A stretch of DNA of 64,000 nt from Octopus vulgaris (taxonomy: Eukaryota). Made by a program: the position numbers and the translations under genes. The stretch spans positions 170,810,001 through 170,874,000 of the forward strand of contig OX597814.1 in NCBI GenBank assembly GCA_951406725.2, given 5' to 3'. Shown piece by piece: positions 26,703-38,874 of this stretch. The notes beneath the pieces are model-generated. The model did not search any database and was not told the origin of the DNA. It saw nothing but the letters and a program-made list of their open reading frames with translations. The number at the start of each line of letters is the position of its first letter. Within the stretch, counting starts at the first letter, position 1.

Positions 26703-26739
<37 letters not shown>

Positions 26740-26849
26740 AACTGGAAGTATGAGAAAGGGATGCTTGTTCATTGGTTTGCCTTTTATGTTTATTGATTGG
26801 ATTATGGTGTTTGTGTGTGCATATATATGTTTTATCTTACTGACTCGGC

Positions 26850-27230
26850 CACTCCTTTTATCTTACTCTCTACCACACCTGGAGTATTTATGTAGCTACT
26901 CTACAGTAGGACACCAATCCCTGTCACTCAATACCTCTAATCTCTCATCAACCGGCACAAAGCCAACCCTCCTTCATTACTACTTGCTTCCACCCAGCTG
27001 AGGTGGTGGGGTTTGTCTTGCAAGTTAGTGACCCTGTTGGTGCTGGTGCCATGTAAAAAGCACTCACTACACTCTGTAAAGTGATTGGCATTAGGAAAGG
27101 CATCCAGTCATAAACCAAGCCAAAACAGACTATGGAGCCTGGTGCCACCCCACTGGCCTTACCACCTCCAGTCAAACCACCGAACCCATATCAACATAGA
27201 AAAACGGATACATGATGAGGATGATGATAT
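26850..27230 (+). mobile_element. Old RTE 3'UTR-type repeat with (GAT)n tail
   Basis: aaaagcactcactacactctgtaaagtgattggcattaggaaaggcatccag...aaaacgga...gatgatgat, related to 35697-35860. Confidence 0.6.
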
Positions 27231-29144
27231 ATGTTCTGAAACAGGTCAGTTGCAACGAAATTTCAATAGCACAAGTATGTGTTAAATGCATGGGTACACT
27301 GCTGTGATCTCATACCAGCGTAAGATATGCATACTTTTGTGCATAAAGAACATTTAAAGAAGGGATGATAAATTCTTGCAACACTCCCGACGTTAATCTC
27401 ATACATATATACTTACGCACAACATCCATATTTAGGTAAATTACATGTATGCGTTTGTGTGTGTGTGTGTATTTGTATATGCATGTACGTATACAAGTGC
27501 ATGTGTACAGAAAGACAGACAGACAGAGTTAAACATGTGCACATGCACAAATAGCTGATACGTTTGTCTTGCTATATAATATTTCTTACAATAGCGAAAA
27601 GTATTTAGCTATCATTAAGATAAATTTAGATGTCTTCAAGATAGGAGAGAAAGTATGCAAGTCTGCCACAACAATTGGTTTGATTGCTAAACTCACAAAA
27701 TGGCAGCAGCTATTCATAACAGCACATTTAATTTAATGATTTAAGATGAATAAAATCTTAAATCTGTACCGTTTCTATAAGATTAGTGGATCGAAAGCTG
27801 TATGATACATGACTAGATAAACAGAAGAACGCTTATTAAGTCAGGGCTGAGTTCAAAGAGAGGTTATGCACACACTTAAATTCTTTTCTAGATCTGCATG
27901 TAAGCAGCTTACTGTTAAAGTAACCTGCTAGCCAATAAGTACGATGACCGATGGGTCTGACACTACTAAGGAAACAGTAAAACTTGGGGCAATTGCTTTC
28001 AAGTAACTGAATAAATACCATTTATGGTTGAAAATGTAATTGAACAAGCGTTCTCAAATGAATTAATGATGAAATTATTGTTTGTGTGCTAATAAAGAAT
28101 ACAAGAAAGTGGCGTTATGTAGTAGGTGCCAGAAATCATTATCTGATGTCACAAGGCTATCAATTTGGACGTTTTTATCATTTCTTTATCACTAGCTCTA
28201 CAACATTTTCAATAGTGTTCAAGCATTTAAATTCTTCACTAGAAAATCTGTTTGGAATTACTGTTGTTGACGACTGAAGAAAATTGTAAAAGAATTATGT
28301 AAGAAACACTCCCTGTTTTTAACCTTATACCTTAATAGTCAGGTCAGTTCTGACTAAGAAATTTAACCATGGCCATTCCATCTTTTATTGAGATCATCGT
28401 TTAACATCGTTCGTTGCCCATGAACAGAATGATGGAAAACCACAACAATTCTCTAAATAAGTACCATGAGCAAGCAAGTATACAATTTGTGTGTGTGAAA
28501 ATAATAAAAAAGGTGAGGGTGGGATCTGGTTTATAAAAACAAAATATTTTTGATTGAATATTGATTTATAACTTCATTCCTTTTATGTCAGTATTTTAAC
28601 CCTTTTGTGACCATATTTCAAAGAAGAATAGACTGCTTTTGTGCAGTTTAATTAATTTTAGATTTGCTGAGTTTTGTAAAATAACTACAACTTTTTATAT
28701 TTATTGGTATTATTAAGCTAGCATTTGACAAAGAAAAGATAAATTTTTAGTAAAATGAAGCCATATCCGTTGTCACCATCAACACATTGATACGTACATT
28801 TTCCATACTGGAATTAGCTGAATGAGACAGTATTCTAAGAAAAAACTAACTTGATTTAATTTTTTAATGTTTTTTTTTTCTTTTGCAAGTAAAGTAGTTT
28901 TTTTAATTTCAAAAAGGCCTTCTAATGCCGAGACCACTAGCCCATGGGGTACGTTATGAGAGACGTAGATGTATGTCACAACTACATAAGCAACGTGAAT
29001 GAAGAGAGTCAGAGAAGACATATGTGCACAATAATTTCCAAACAGTTTCTGTCTACCGAAGTTCACGCACATACCATCAGCCAATCTAAGGCTATAATAA
29101 AAGACATTTGCCCAAGGTCATTAAGATGACAATAAAAAAACACA

Positions 29145-29300
29145 TGGTTGGCATTAGGAAGGGCATCCAGCTGTAGAAACATTGCCAGATAAGACTGGAG
29201 CCTGGTGCAGCCTTCTGGCTTCCCAGATCCCCGGTCGAACCGTCCAACCCATGCTAGCATGGAGAACGGACGTTAAACGATGATGATGGTGATGATGATG
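29145..29300 (+). mobile_element. RTE 3'-tail repeat (young)
   Basis: Near-identical to the reverse complement of 35700-35840; ends cggacgttaaacgatgatgat. Confidence 0.8.
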
Positions 29301-29580
29301 TACCTAAAGTCTATTAGCCAAGTGCATCCATCTATTCATCTTCTCTGCAAGCATCAGGAGAGTAAAGTCCTCAGGCAGCTCCTCCTTAGGTCCCATCAGA
29401 GGTAACCATCATTAGACTTTCTGGCTGGATTCCCGAACAAGACCAACTGAGACAATGGATATTATCCAACCATCTTATTCTTGGTCTATCCGTTAGGTTT
29501 TCTGCTTGTTACCTCAGCTTGAAGAATCTGTGTTGTAATTCTCTTCTGAGACATATTAATCAGGTAAGAATGAAATTTCA
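29300..29580 (-). mobile_element. Degenerate RTE-like LINE C-terminal fragment
   Basis: Minus strand reads ..MSQKRITTQILQAEVTSRKP.., resembling an RTE ORF end. Confidence 0.45.
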
Positions 29581-29772
29581 AATGAGATGTTTTAAATCTA
29601 AATATGAACCTACTTGTTTTAGCAGCAGAAGATAATTGAGTAATTAAGTGTTTTACAATAGAGGATTGGTTAAGAGAGTGGCAATTTAGGACAGGTTAAT
29701 TGGGACTGAAAGGATAATTAATATGATAAATTACAACTGGTCAAAACTTTTACAAGCAAGGATCTACTTTAC

Positions 29773-30023
29773 CTGTTCATATTTTTCAAGTTCTGTATGA
29801 TATATCTGTCGTATTTGTGCAAGCTTGGCCCTGTAATCTGAATGTTCAATCGCGCTGTCGGGTTGGCCTGGACCACTGGATGCAGCCGCTGTTGCATTAG
29901 CTGCAGCCGATGAGCCACCTCCTTTCTCAGGCCCTGCAACACCTTCAGCAATCAACATGTTATCCAGTCTCATTAATTGAGGGTCTGCAGGTTCTTCTTC
30001 TTGTGTACCACGGATACTTAAAA
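29773..30023 (-). CDS. Pbx: Pbx/extradenticle internal coding exon (end of PBC-A, Ala-rich linker, start of PBC-B); equivalent to vertebrate PBX1 exon 3
   Basis: Translates (V)[83 protein letters not shown], the recognisable PBC sequence. Acceptor ttctattccag ends at 30024; donor CAG|gtaaag starts at 29772. 251 bp, phase 1 to phase 0. Confidence 0.97.
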
Positions 30024-31083
30024 CTGGAATAGAAGAAAGGGATAAGGACAGCTGTTAGAATAGAATTCTCAATTTCAATGTGAAGGGTTATTGATAATAA
30101 TAATGATTCCAACATAACCCAAAATGCCAAAGTTTCAAGCGGTCAATGTAGCATATAGTAAATGTAATGATTCACTCACTATATTAGTAGAACTTAATTT
30201 AACAATCCCAAAAGGATTTCAAGCAGAAACAGTCTTTTCAGGATTAGAACTCAAAATTTTAAGTGACCTAATTGAATATTGCAAAATATTTTCAGACACT
30301 ATCAATTCTGTGAATTGATTGCCATAGCAACACAATGCAGTTTCTGTGGTACTTTACTAGACTTTCTACTCTAATGCAATAAGTAAGGATACTTATTTTA
30401 AAGCATAATTGATTAAAAAAAATACCATTAGTACACAGTATTTTGAACAGAAAGTAATAAGGAAGTGTCTGCAATTCAGCAGAGGACAAATATTGCCGAA
30501 GAGTTCAATCAGTGCAAGATATAGATGTACATATGCATACACAGAGAAATATAATTATACATATTATATCATGAGCTTCCACAGTTTTGTTACTAAATTC
30601 AACTAACAAACCAAGCATTGACCCGAGGCTATAGTAGAAAGCACTTTCGTAAGATGCCATGCAGTGGGAATGAAAACAGACATGGTTGAGAAACCAACTT
30701 CTTAACAACATAATATTGGTGTTCAATGAATCACACAGTAAGACATTATGGTAATAAATGTTCCAGCCTAGGGCAAAACTGACTGAGCACACATGCAATG
30801 AAAGGCATTCCTGTCGAGATCAACCTATTATTATTATTTTTGCACTGTTCAACTATTTATATGCAAACACACACACACACAAGTACATACAAACTCACCA
30901 CTACCAGCATCATCAGTCATTTTATGCTTGCTTCCCATTATTGCATGTATATGTATACACACAAGTATATATATATACATACACATAAATACACAAACAC
31001 ACATAAATGTATGTATGCATATATGTAAACATATGTATCTCTTTCTCTCTCTCCCTCTTCATGTGTGTGTGTGTATTTATGTG

Positions 31084-31131
<48 letters not shown>

Positions 31132-31221
31132 CATTATATATAATATTATGGGTAACACCATAAAAAATTCTGGTGCATCTAAATTAAGTGCCATATTCAT
31201 TTGAATCTTATTGTTGCTGAT

Positions 31222-31267
<46 letters not shown>

Positions 31268-31521
31268 CACATACATATATTAATGTTTGTTTTTATGTCA
31301 AGTAACAAATGAAAACAATTTAACATTAAACTGAAGAATCATTCAACACTTTTTAGTAGTGTATAAATTTATTAATATTTACAAGGAAAAATGTTGACAG
31401 TGACTTTGAAGTTTAATCTAGCTAACCATCAAGTTGAAAGGTCAAAGTCACTGCTAACTTTCTCAGAGCAAAAGTCAACATACACACACTCACAGGCATG
31501 CATATGTCTTTCATATATATA

Positions 31522-31581
<60 letters not shown>

Positions 31582-33236
31582 AAGATAAATGCAATTAGGT
31601 TTGATATATCTACATGGAGCACAAAATAATACAGAATACATATACAAGAAAATATATATGTATATAAATAACTTATGTAATGTCTTATCTCAACAGCTGT
31701 TTCAGGAAGCCAAGAGTTATACAATAATTATAATTTACAGGTGATATGCAACAAGCCATAAGCATGCAACTGGTGACAAGTCAGATAAAGTTATTATAGT
31801 AAGTCCAGCTTCCCTCATCAAGGAAGATTGGTAAATATATATATATGTATAGACACACACTCTTCTGTATACTTGACAAGATACAACAGGTTGGAGGATT
31901 GTGCTGTACATCAAAGCCTGCATTGGTATACTTTCTTCCTTACATCACCCACTTCATAGTGTGAATTGAGTATTTTTTTTTCTTAGTACCAGTACCAGTG
32001 AGCTCATCATATAACTCACAAAACTAAGATCTCCCACTGAAACTAGGTGGAGCTACATTAAGAAGGGAAGTGAGTGATGAAAGGTTGGTGATTGAAGGAA
32101 GGGGGCTAGAACAGGTTTCTTTCTGTAGAATACATGGCTGCTCACATTATACAAGAGCAAGAGAGGGTAATTGATGTGGAGCTGGAAAGAGATTTTGTAT
32201 GCATGTATGTGTGTGTGCGTACAAAGACACGTAGTCTACATTTTTCTATAGATGTTTTCTGAGGAAAAAAACAAAAACAAACTTTACAATAGGTGTATCA
32301 AGCATCAAGATGTTTTACTAAAAATTTTCCTTCATTTTCCGTTCTAACTAATCTATATTTTTGTTAAAATAATGAATGTTTGGGAGATAATTAATCAAAA
32401 TAACAGCAAACAAAATAATCACACCCCCACCCACAAAAAAGAACATCACAAACAATAAAACAACGACAGTCTAAAATATAAACTAGATAAATAAATGAAT
32501 ATATAAAATATTTGTATTAACAACTAGAAGATTCTTTTTTTGTACAATAGGTCATGCAATGTTTAGCAGTTCCTTGAGTTATTGGTGAAATATTGATATC
32601 TTATCTAGTTTCTCTGCATTTGATTAATCTGATTTCATTTAGATTATAACGGTAAGAGAATGGCGCTAAGAGAGGGAGTGAGGGGGAGAGGAGAGAGAAA
32701 AAGAAAGACAAAGGGAGGAAGAGAGAGAGATGCTGAGAAGCAAAATGTCACTCATCATTCAATAAACAATAGAAGAGAAGAAAATGAACAGGATTTAAGG
32801 TTTCTAAAGATATTTCCGAACTACAAATACAATTCTGACTATTGGTTTATACATGTGTGTGTGTATGAGGGTGTGTGTGGGCACATGTATATATATATAT
32901 GTTTGTGTGCGTGTGAAATAGGTATATGTATGCATATATGTTCATGCAAATGGTTTAACCCTGAATAAATTTCTTCATTAACTTAGTGCACCTGCTCTTT
33001 GTGTGTGTGTGAGTGTGTGTCCAAAAGCACATGTATGTAAATATGTGTGTGTGTGCATGTGTATCAGAGAGAGAGAGTGTGTAGGTACAGGCATGGCTGT
33101 GTGGTAAGGAGTTTGTTTCTCAACTACATGGTTCCAGGTTCAGTCCCACTACATGGGCACCTTGGGCAAGTGTCTTCTGCTCTAGCTTCAAGCTGACCAA
33201 AGCCTTGTGAGTGGATATATATATATATATATATAT

Positions 33237-33440
33237 GTTTAGGAAGAGTTTATGAAAAAACAAAAGACGAAGACAGGTGGTGTACAAAACAAACAGATGT
33301 ATTAGTATAACACTCAGGAATAGAAAAGGTCTTTTACGTTTCGAGCCTACGCTCTTCTACAGAAAGGGACACAGAAAAAATAAGGAGAGAAACAAGGAGA
33401 GAAAAAATGTGTGCAGTGGGTAACGATCTATCACGGCGAT
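33237..33440 (-). mobile_element. Short Penelope-like terminal element inserted in (TA)n inside a family A SINE; carries a hammerhead-like motif at 33329-33370
   Basis: Minus strand cttt-CTGTAGA-a-GAGCgtagGCTC-GAAA-cg-TA-aaag. Flanked by TA runs; splits a SINE (33085-33215 / 33465-33662). Confidence 0.6.
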
Positions 33441-33957
33441 ATATAAATATATATCCATACATACATGTGCATGCAATGTCCTACCACCACTTGACAACTG
33501 GTGTTGGTGTGTTTACATCCCTTTAATTTAGTGGTTCAACAAAAGACTGATGGAATAAGCACCAGGCTTAAAAAAATAGGTACTGGAGTTGATTTGTTTG
33601 ACTAAAGTTCACCAAGGTAGTGCAACAGCATGTTCACAGCCCAATGACCGAAACAAAAGATACACAAACACACACATACACAAATGCATGTGCCTATATA
33701 ATGCATGTAAATGTGTGTGTGTGCACATGCGAATGTATATACACCTGTGTTTGCTGACATTTCTTGTCCAAGAAAGCCACACACTGTGAGTGGTATTGCT
33801 GTTGTCACTTCTGTCAACAGATTGTGTATCTGCTTGCTTTATGCCTTCGGATGACATGTGAAATAAGGGATCTCTTACTTGAAAAACAGTTGAGGGTTAG
33901 CAAAAGAAAAGAGCATCCAGCTGTAAACCAATGCCTCAATAATATATATCTCTCTAA

Positions 33958-34190
33958 AAGGCGGCAAGCTTGCAGAAACGTTAGCACGCTGGGCGAAATG
34001 CGTAGCTGTATTTCGTCTGCTGTTACATTCTGAGTTCAAATTCCACCGAGGTCGACTTTGCCTTTCATCCTTTCGGGGTCGATAAATTAAGTACCAGTTA
34101 CGCACTGGGGTCGATGTAATCGACTTAATCCATTTGTCTGTCCTTGTTTGTCCCCTCTGTGTTTAGCCCCTTGTGGGTAATAAAGAAACA
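33958..34190 (+). mobile_element. SINE family B, full length, nested in an older SINE
   Basis: ggcggcaagcttgcagaaacgttagcac...gagttcaaattcc...gcctttcatcctttcggggtcgataaa...ccccttgtgggtaataaagaaa; near-direct atatatctctct flanks. Confidence 0.85.
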
Positions 34191-34269
34191 AATATATCTC
34201 TCTCTAACCCATGCTAGCACGGAAACAGGATGTAAAACAAATTAAGATATGGACACACACACACACACA

Positions 34270-34670
34270 CTTTTTTTATCTTTTACTTGTTTCAAATACT
34301 GGACTGCAAGTGTGCTGGAGCACCACCCTGATGACATTTTAGTCAAATAAATTGTGCTCAGTCCTTTTTTTTTTCCTGAACCCTAAGCCTGATATTTATT
34401 CTGTTGGTTTCTTTTACGAAACTGCTAGGTTACAGTGATATAAAAACACACTAAAACCAGTGGTCAGTTGGTGGTGGTGGTGGAGAAACACACACACAAA
34501 CACACATACATATATGATGGGTTTCTTTCAGTTTCTGTCAACTAAATCAACTCACAAGGCTTTGGTTGGCCAAAGTCAACACTAGAAGACACTTGTCAAA
34601 GGTTCCACATAGTAGGAGTGAACCCAGGACCATTTGATGGGAAGCAAAATTCTTACCCCCACCTGCACCG
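34270..34670 (-). mobile_element. Older SINE family A copy
   Basis: Diverged match to 11055-11455. Confidence 0.7.
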
Positions 34671-34964
34671 ATACATATATATATATGTGTGCGTGTGTGT
34701 GTATGTGCATTTGTGTAAATGTGTGGGTGTGTTGTTATCATTACACCTATCTATGTTTATATATAAACTTTTACATATATACACACATTTTTTATTAATA
34801 ATCAGAAGTTACTAAGTCACGTAAGGGCTGACAGATTCATACATTGGGACACATTAGATTAGTTTGATAAGTGCCAAAGCACAAAACTCTTGGCCCTTGA
34901 ATCAATCTGTAACTTCTACCAATTATTAATGAAAACATCTATATATTTATGTTTTGAGTTCTAG

Positions 34965-35156
34965 AAGGGAGAAACAAGGACAGACAAATGGATTCAGTCG
35001 ATTATATTGACCCCAGTGTGTAACTGGTACTTATTTAATTGACCCCGAAAGGATGAAAGGCAAAGTCGACCTCAGCAGAATTTGAAGTCAGAACGTAGCG
35101 GCAGATGAAATACTGCTAAGCATTTCACCCAGCGTGCTAACGTTTCTGCCAGCTCG

Positions 35157-35158
<2 letters not shown>
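34965..35158 (-). mobile_element. SINE family B
   Basis: Reverse complement of 33958-34160. Confidence 0.85.
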
Positions 35159-35211
<53 letters not shown>

Positions 35212-35221
35212 AAATATATAT

Positions 35222-35512
35222 ATATACGTTTAAATATTTGTTGTGCAAGATTTTTTATGTGAAGTCATGTGTTGAAACAGATATTGTTATATTTCAGAAT
35301 GGTCATATTGCCAGTTTAGCCAATTAGTAAGGAGAGACACAAATACGAAAGAAGAAAACAAAGGACCACTGATGCGGTCACAGGAGTGTGACGAAAGAAC
35401 TCTGGCCGAAATAAGATTAAGATTAATGTAAAAAATAAATATCACTGAAGCAAAATAACACCAAATATATAGTGCGTGTGTTTTTATTGGCTAAATGACC
35501 ATTCCGAAATAT

Positions 35513-35520
<8 letters not shown>
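35222..35520 (+). mobile_element. Penelope-like short element with an inverted partial repeat and a hammerhead-like motif (35363-35407), flanked by (TA)n
   Basis: ggacca-CTGATGC-g-GTCACAggagTGTGAC-GAAA-gaac-TC-tggcc; 35281-35324 is inverted relative to 35486-35520. Confidence 0.6.
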
Positions 35521-35561
<41 letters not shown>

Positions 35562-35564
35562 TAT

Positions 35565-35610
<46 letters not shown>

Positions 35611-35617
35611 CTATATT

Positions 35618-35669
<52 letters not shown>

Positions 35670-35696
35670 TATATATATATACACACACAAATATAT

Positions 35697-37815
35697 ATCA
35701 TCATCATCATTTAACGTCCGCTTTCCATGCTAGCATGGGTTGGACGGTTCAACTGGGGTCTGGGGAGCCCGAAGGCTGCACCAGGCCAGTCAGATCTGGC
35801 AGTGTTTCTACAGCTGGATGCCCTTCCTAACGCCAACCACTCCGAGAGTGTAGTGGGTGATTTTATGTGCCACCGACACAGGTGCCAGACGAGGCTGGCG
35901 AACGGCCACGCTCGGATGGTGTTTTTATGTGCCACCGACACAGGTGCCAGACGAGGCTGGCGAACGGCCACGCTCGGATGGTGTTTTTATGTGCCACCGA
36001 CACAGGTGCCAGACAAGGCTAGCAGACGACCACGCTTGGATGGTGTTTTTTATGTGCCACCGACACAGGAGCCAGATGAGGCTGGCGATCAGCCACGATC
36101 GGATGGTGATTGTTACGTGCCCACAGCATGGAGGCCAGTTGGTGCGGCACTGGTTACGGCCACGTTCGGATGGTTTTCTCGTGTGCCCCCGGCACTGGTA
36201 CCACAAAGATACAAATTCCATTGATGTTCATCTATTTTGATTTTGTTTGATTTTTTGATTTGATTTGATTCGATTTTCACTTGCCTCAACAGGTCTTCAC
36301 AAGTGTCACAAGAAGGAAGGTATGCACAGGTGGACTGACTACGTCCCAGGTAGGGACCACGGGTTATGGCCTGACTAGTCTTGCCGGGTCTTCTCACGCA
36401 CAGCATACTTCCATAGGTCTCGGTCTCTAGTCATTTCCTTGGTGAGACCTAAAGTTCGAAGGTCGTGCTTCACCACTTCGTCCCAGGTTTTCCTGGGTCT
36501 ACCTCTTCCACAGGTTCCCTCAACTGCTAGGGTGTAGCACTTTTGCACACAACTATCATCAGCCATTCTCGTCATATGACCATACTAGCGCAGCCGTCTC
36601 TCTTGCACACCACAACTGACGCTTCTTAGGTTCAACTTTTCTCTCAAGGTACTTACACTCTGACGATTATGAACACTGACATTACACATCCATCGGAGCA
36701 TACTGGCTTCATTTCTTGCGAGCTTACGCATATCCTCAGCAGTCACGGCCCATGTTTCACTACCATGTAGCATGGCTGTACGTACACATGCATCATACAG
36801 TCTGCCTTTTACTCTGAGCGAGAGGCCTTTTGTCACCAGCAGGGGTAAGAGCTCTCTAAACTTTGCCCAGGCTATTCTTACTCTAGCAGTTACACTTTCA
36901 GCACACCCACCCCCGCTACTGACTTGGTCTCCTAGGTAGCGGAAGCTATCCACTACTTCTAGTTTGTCTCCCTGGAACGTGGTAGAAGTTGGTCTCTACA
37001 CGTTTCCAGAGTTTATTTCTCCTGAGCATCTGCCACATACGAAAACTATCTTCCCAGTTAGCCTACCTTTGACATTGCTACACCTCTTATGTGTCCATAG
37101 CTTACACTTGGTGCACCTTATAGAGTTTCTACCTACACCTTTTTTACAGATCGAGCAGGGCCATCTACCTGAAGTCGTTTGTGGTTGGTCCACCTTCCTA
37201 CTTATTAGGGCTTTGGTTTTGGCTAGGTTGATTCTAAGGCCCTTCGATTCTAATCCTTGTTTCCACACCTGAAACTTCTCCTCCAGTTCTGATAGTGACT
37301 CAGCAATTAGAGCAAGGTCATCAGCATAGAGGAGCTCCCAGGGGCATCCTGTCTTGAATTCTTCCATTATTGCCTGGAGGACTATGATAAATAGGAGGGG
37401 GCTGAGGACTGAACCTTGGTGGACCCCAACCTCTACCCGGAATTCTTCACTGTACTCGTTGCCTACCCTCACCTTACTAGCAGCGTCTCTGTACATGGCT
37501 CGCACAGCTCTCACTAACCATTCATCTATCCCTAGTTTCCTCATTGACCACCAGATAAGGGATCGGGGGACCCTGTCAAAGGCTTTCTCCAAGTCAACAA
37601 AAGCCAGGTACAAGGGCTTACCTTTGGCTAGGTATTTCTCCTGCAGCTGTCTTACCAGGAATATAGCTTCAGTAGTACTTTTCCCTGGCACGAACCCAAA
37701 CTGCATATCATCTAAGCTAACTCTCTCTCTAATTAATTGGGCTATAACCCTCTCCGTAACCTTCATTACCTGATCCAACAGCTTGATGCCCCTGTAGTTA
37801 TTTGTATCTAGGGCA
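35697..37815 (-). mobile_element. 5'-truncated RTE-clade LINE (RT ORF 37814-36375 with two nonsense codons; 3'UTR with VNTR; (GAT)n tail)
   Basis: Motifs NYRGIKLL, QFGFVPGKSTT, LAFVDLEKAFDRV, GVHQGSVLSPLLF, LLYADDL, FRYLG, LHGSETW and GRGRPRKTW. Three ORF-track segments are one frame broken by TAG at 36996-36998 and 36585-36587. (TA)n on both sides. Confidence 0.95.
35861..36200. repeat. ~62-bp tandem repeat (4 clear units plus 1-2 degenerate) in the LINE 3'UTR
   Basis: Unit ttttatgtgccaccgacacaggtgccagacgaggctggcgaacggccacgctcggatggtgt; the atgtgc/acgtgc motif recurs at 35865, 35927, 35989, 36052 and 36115. Confidence 0.9.
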
Positions 37816-37829
37816 TATATATATATATA

Positions 37830-38200
37830 TTACTACCACAACAGTTTAGTGTTAACAACAAGAAGAGCAGCTGTTCTGAAGTCATGCCTCAAATAAATAC
37901 CAATCCAACATGTCTAGGATGAAAACAGAAGAAAAAAAAACATACATACATGCATACACAGAACCACACATTTGTACAGTTTAAAAGAAAAAAATATACA
38001 GGCATTTGTATACTAAATGGATACTGAAAGAAAATGGTGCACAATACAACTGGAAAAAAAAAAAAATGAAGAATCACTTCTGGACTAACAGAAGGTGCAC
38101 ACTTTGTTTAGCAGAGAAAAAAATCAGTCTGAGAAGGCCTCTACCCAAAGGCCTTCTGGATTCACAGAATATACTCATGACAAAAATAAATTTATAGCCA
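37830..38200 (+). mobile_element. Degenerate Penelope-like element, GIY-YIG endonuclease C-terminal remnant
   Basis: Fragments QFSVNNKKSS, QHV*DENR and KWILK...Y...RRCTLCLAEKKI...LLDSQNILMTK resemble the PLE endonuclease tail (W.IL..Y...KRCxLCxxEK..I...LLN). Confidence 0.5.
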
Positions 38201-38646
38201 ACTGGTCAGTGCTACCCTTACAACAAGGGGGTAGCTTTTGCCCTATTTGAAGTAATCACCCCACACACAGCTCTTACACTCATATATTTTCATGCTTAAG
38301 CATGCTTTTTCAAAAATCCTCTCCTTCACCATGTCTGCCTGTCTCTTTCTCTCTCTCTCTCTCTTTCCACCTATCCTTCTCTATACAAAAAATTTGGGTA
38401 GACAGTTGTCACTGGAATGCTGACATACAGGATAATAGCTAAAGGAATCAATATAAGAGCTATAACTCTGATGGGCTTAAAGGCCAACCTTGTTTTATGA
38501 CTCATTTTCAACAGGGGTGGGGGAGTTTTAATTCTTTTTTTTTTTTAAATCTCTGTGATTTGTAAACTGGATTGTGGTGTTCTTACACTTCCAGTACAAA
38601 AGAGCTCAAGTTCCATTCAGCCAATCATACACACTTGGGAGTTAGT

Positions 38647-38874
38647 TTAACCCTTCTGATACCAACCCGGCTGAAACCAGCTTTGGCTCTGAGTACAAAT
38701 GTCTTGTTTTCATAAGTTTTGAATTAAAATCTTCCACCAAACCTTAGTCACAATCTATGTTCCTAACACTAGCTTAATGATAACTAAGTTATTTTACTAA
38801 ATTCTTTGTTACATTTAAATTAATTGAAAGAAATGCGAAGCATCTCAAAATAAATACAGTAACGAAAGGGTTAA
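38647..38874. mobile_element. MITE family E (reverse orientation)
   Basis: TTAAcccttctgatacc ... gtaacgaaagggTTAA; reverse complement of 12910-13140. Confidence 0.85.

Noticed and set aside
35861-36200. CRISPR-like regularly spaced repeats
   Set aside because: Units are contiguous tandem copies without unique spacers, inside a eukaryotic LINE 3'UTR; no cas genes.
37354-37773. Plus-strand 139-aa ORF (also 35727-36224 and 21262-21516)
   Set aside because: Antisense shadows of the RT, the VNTR and a Pbx exon.
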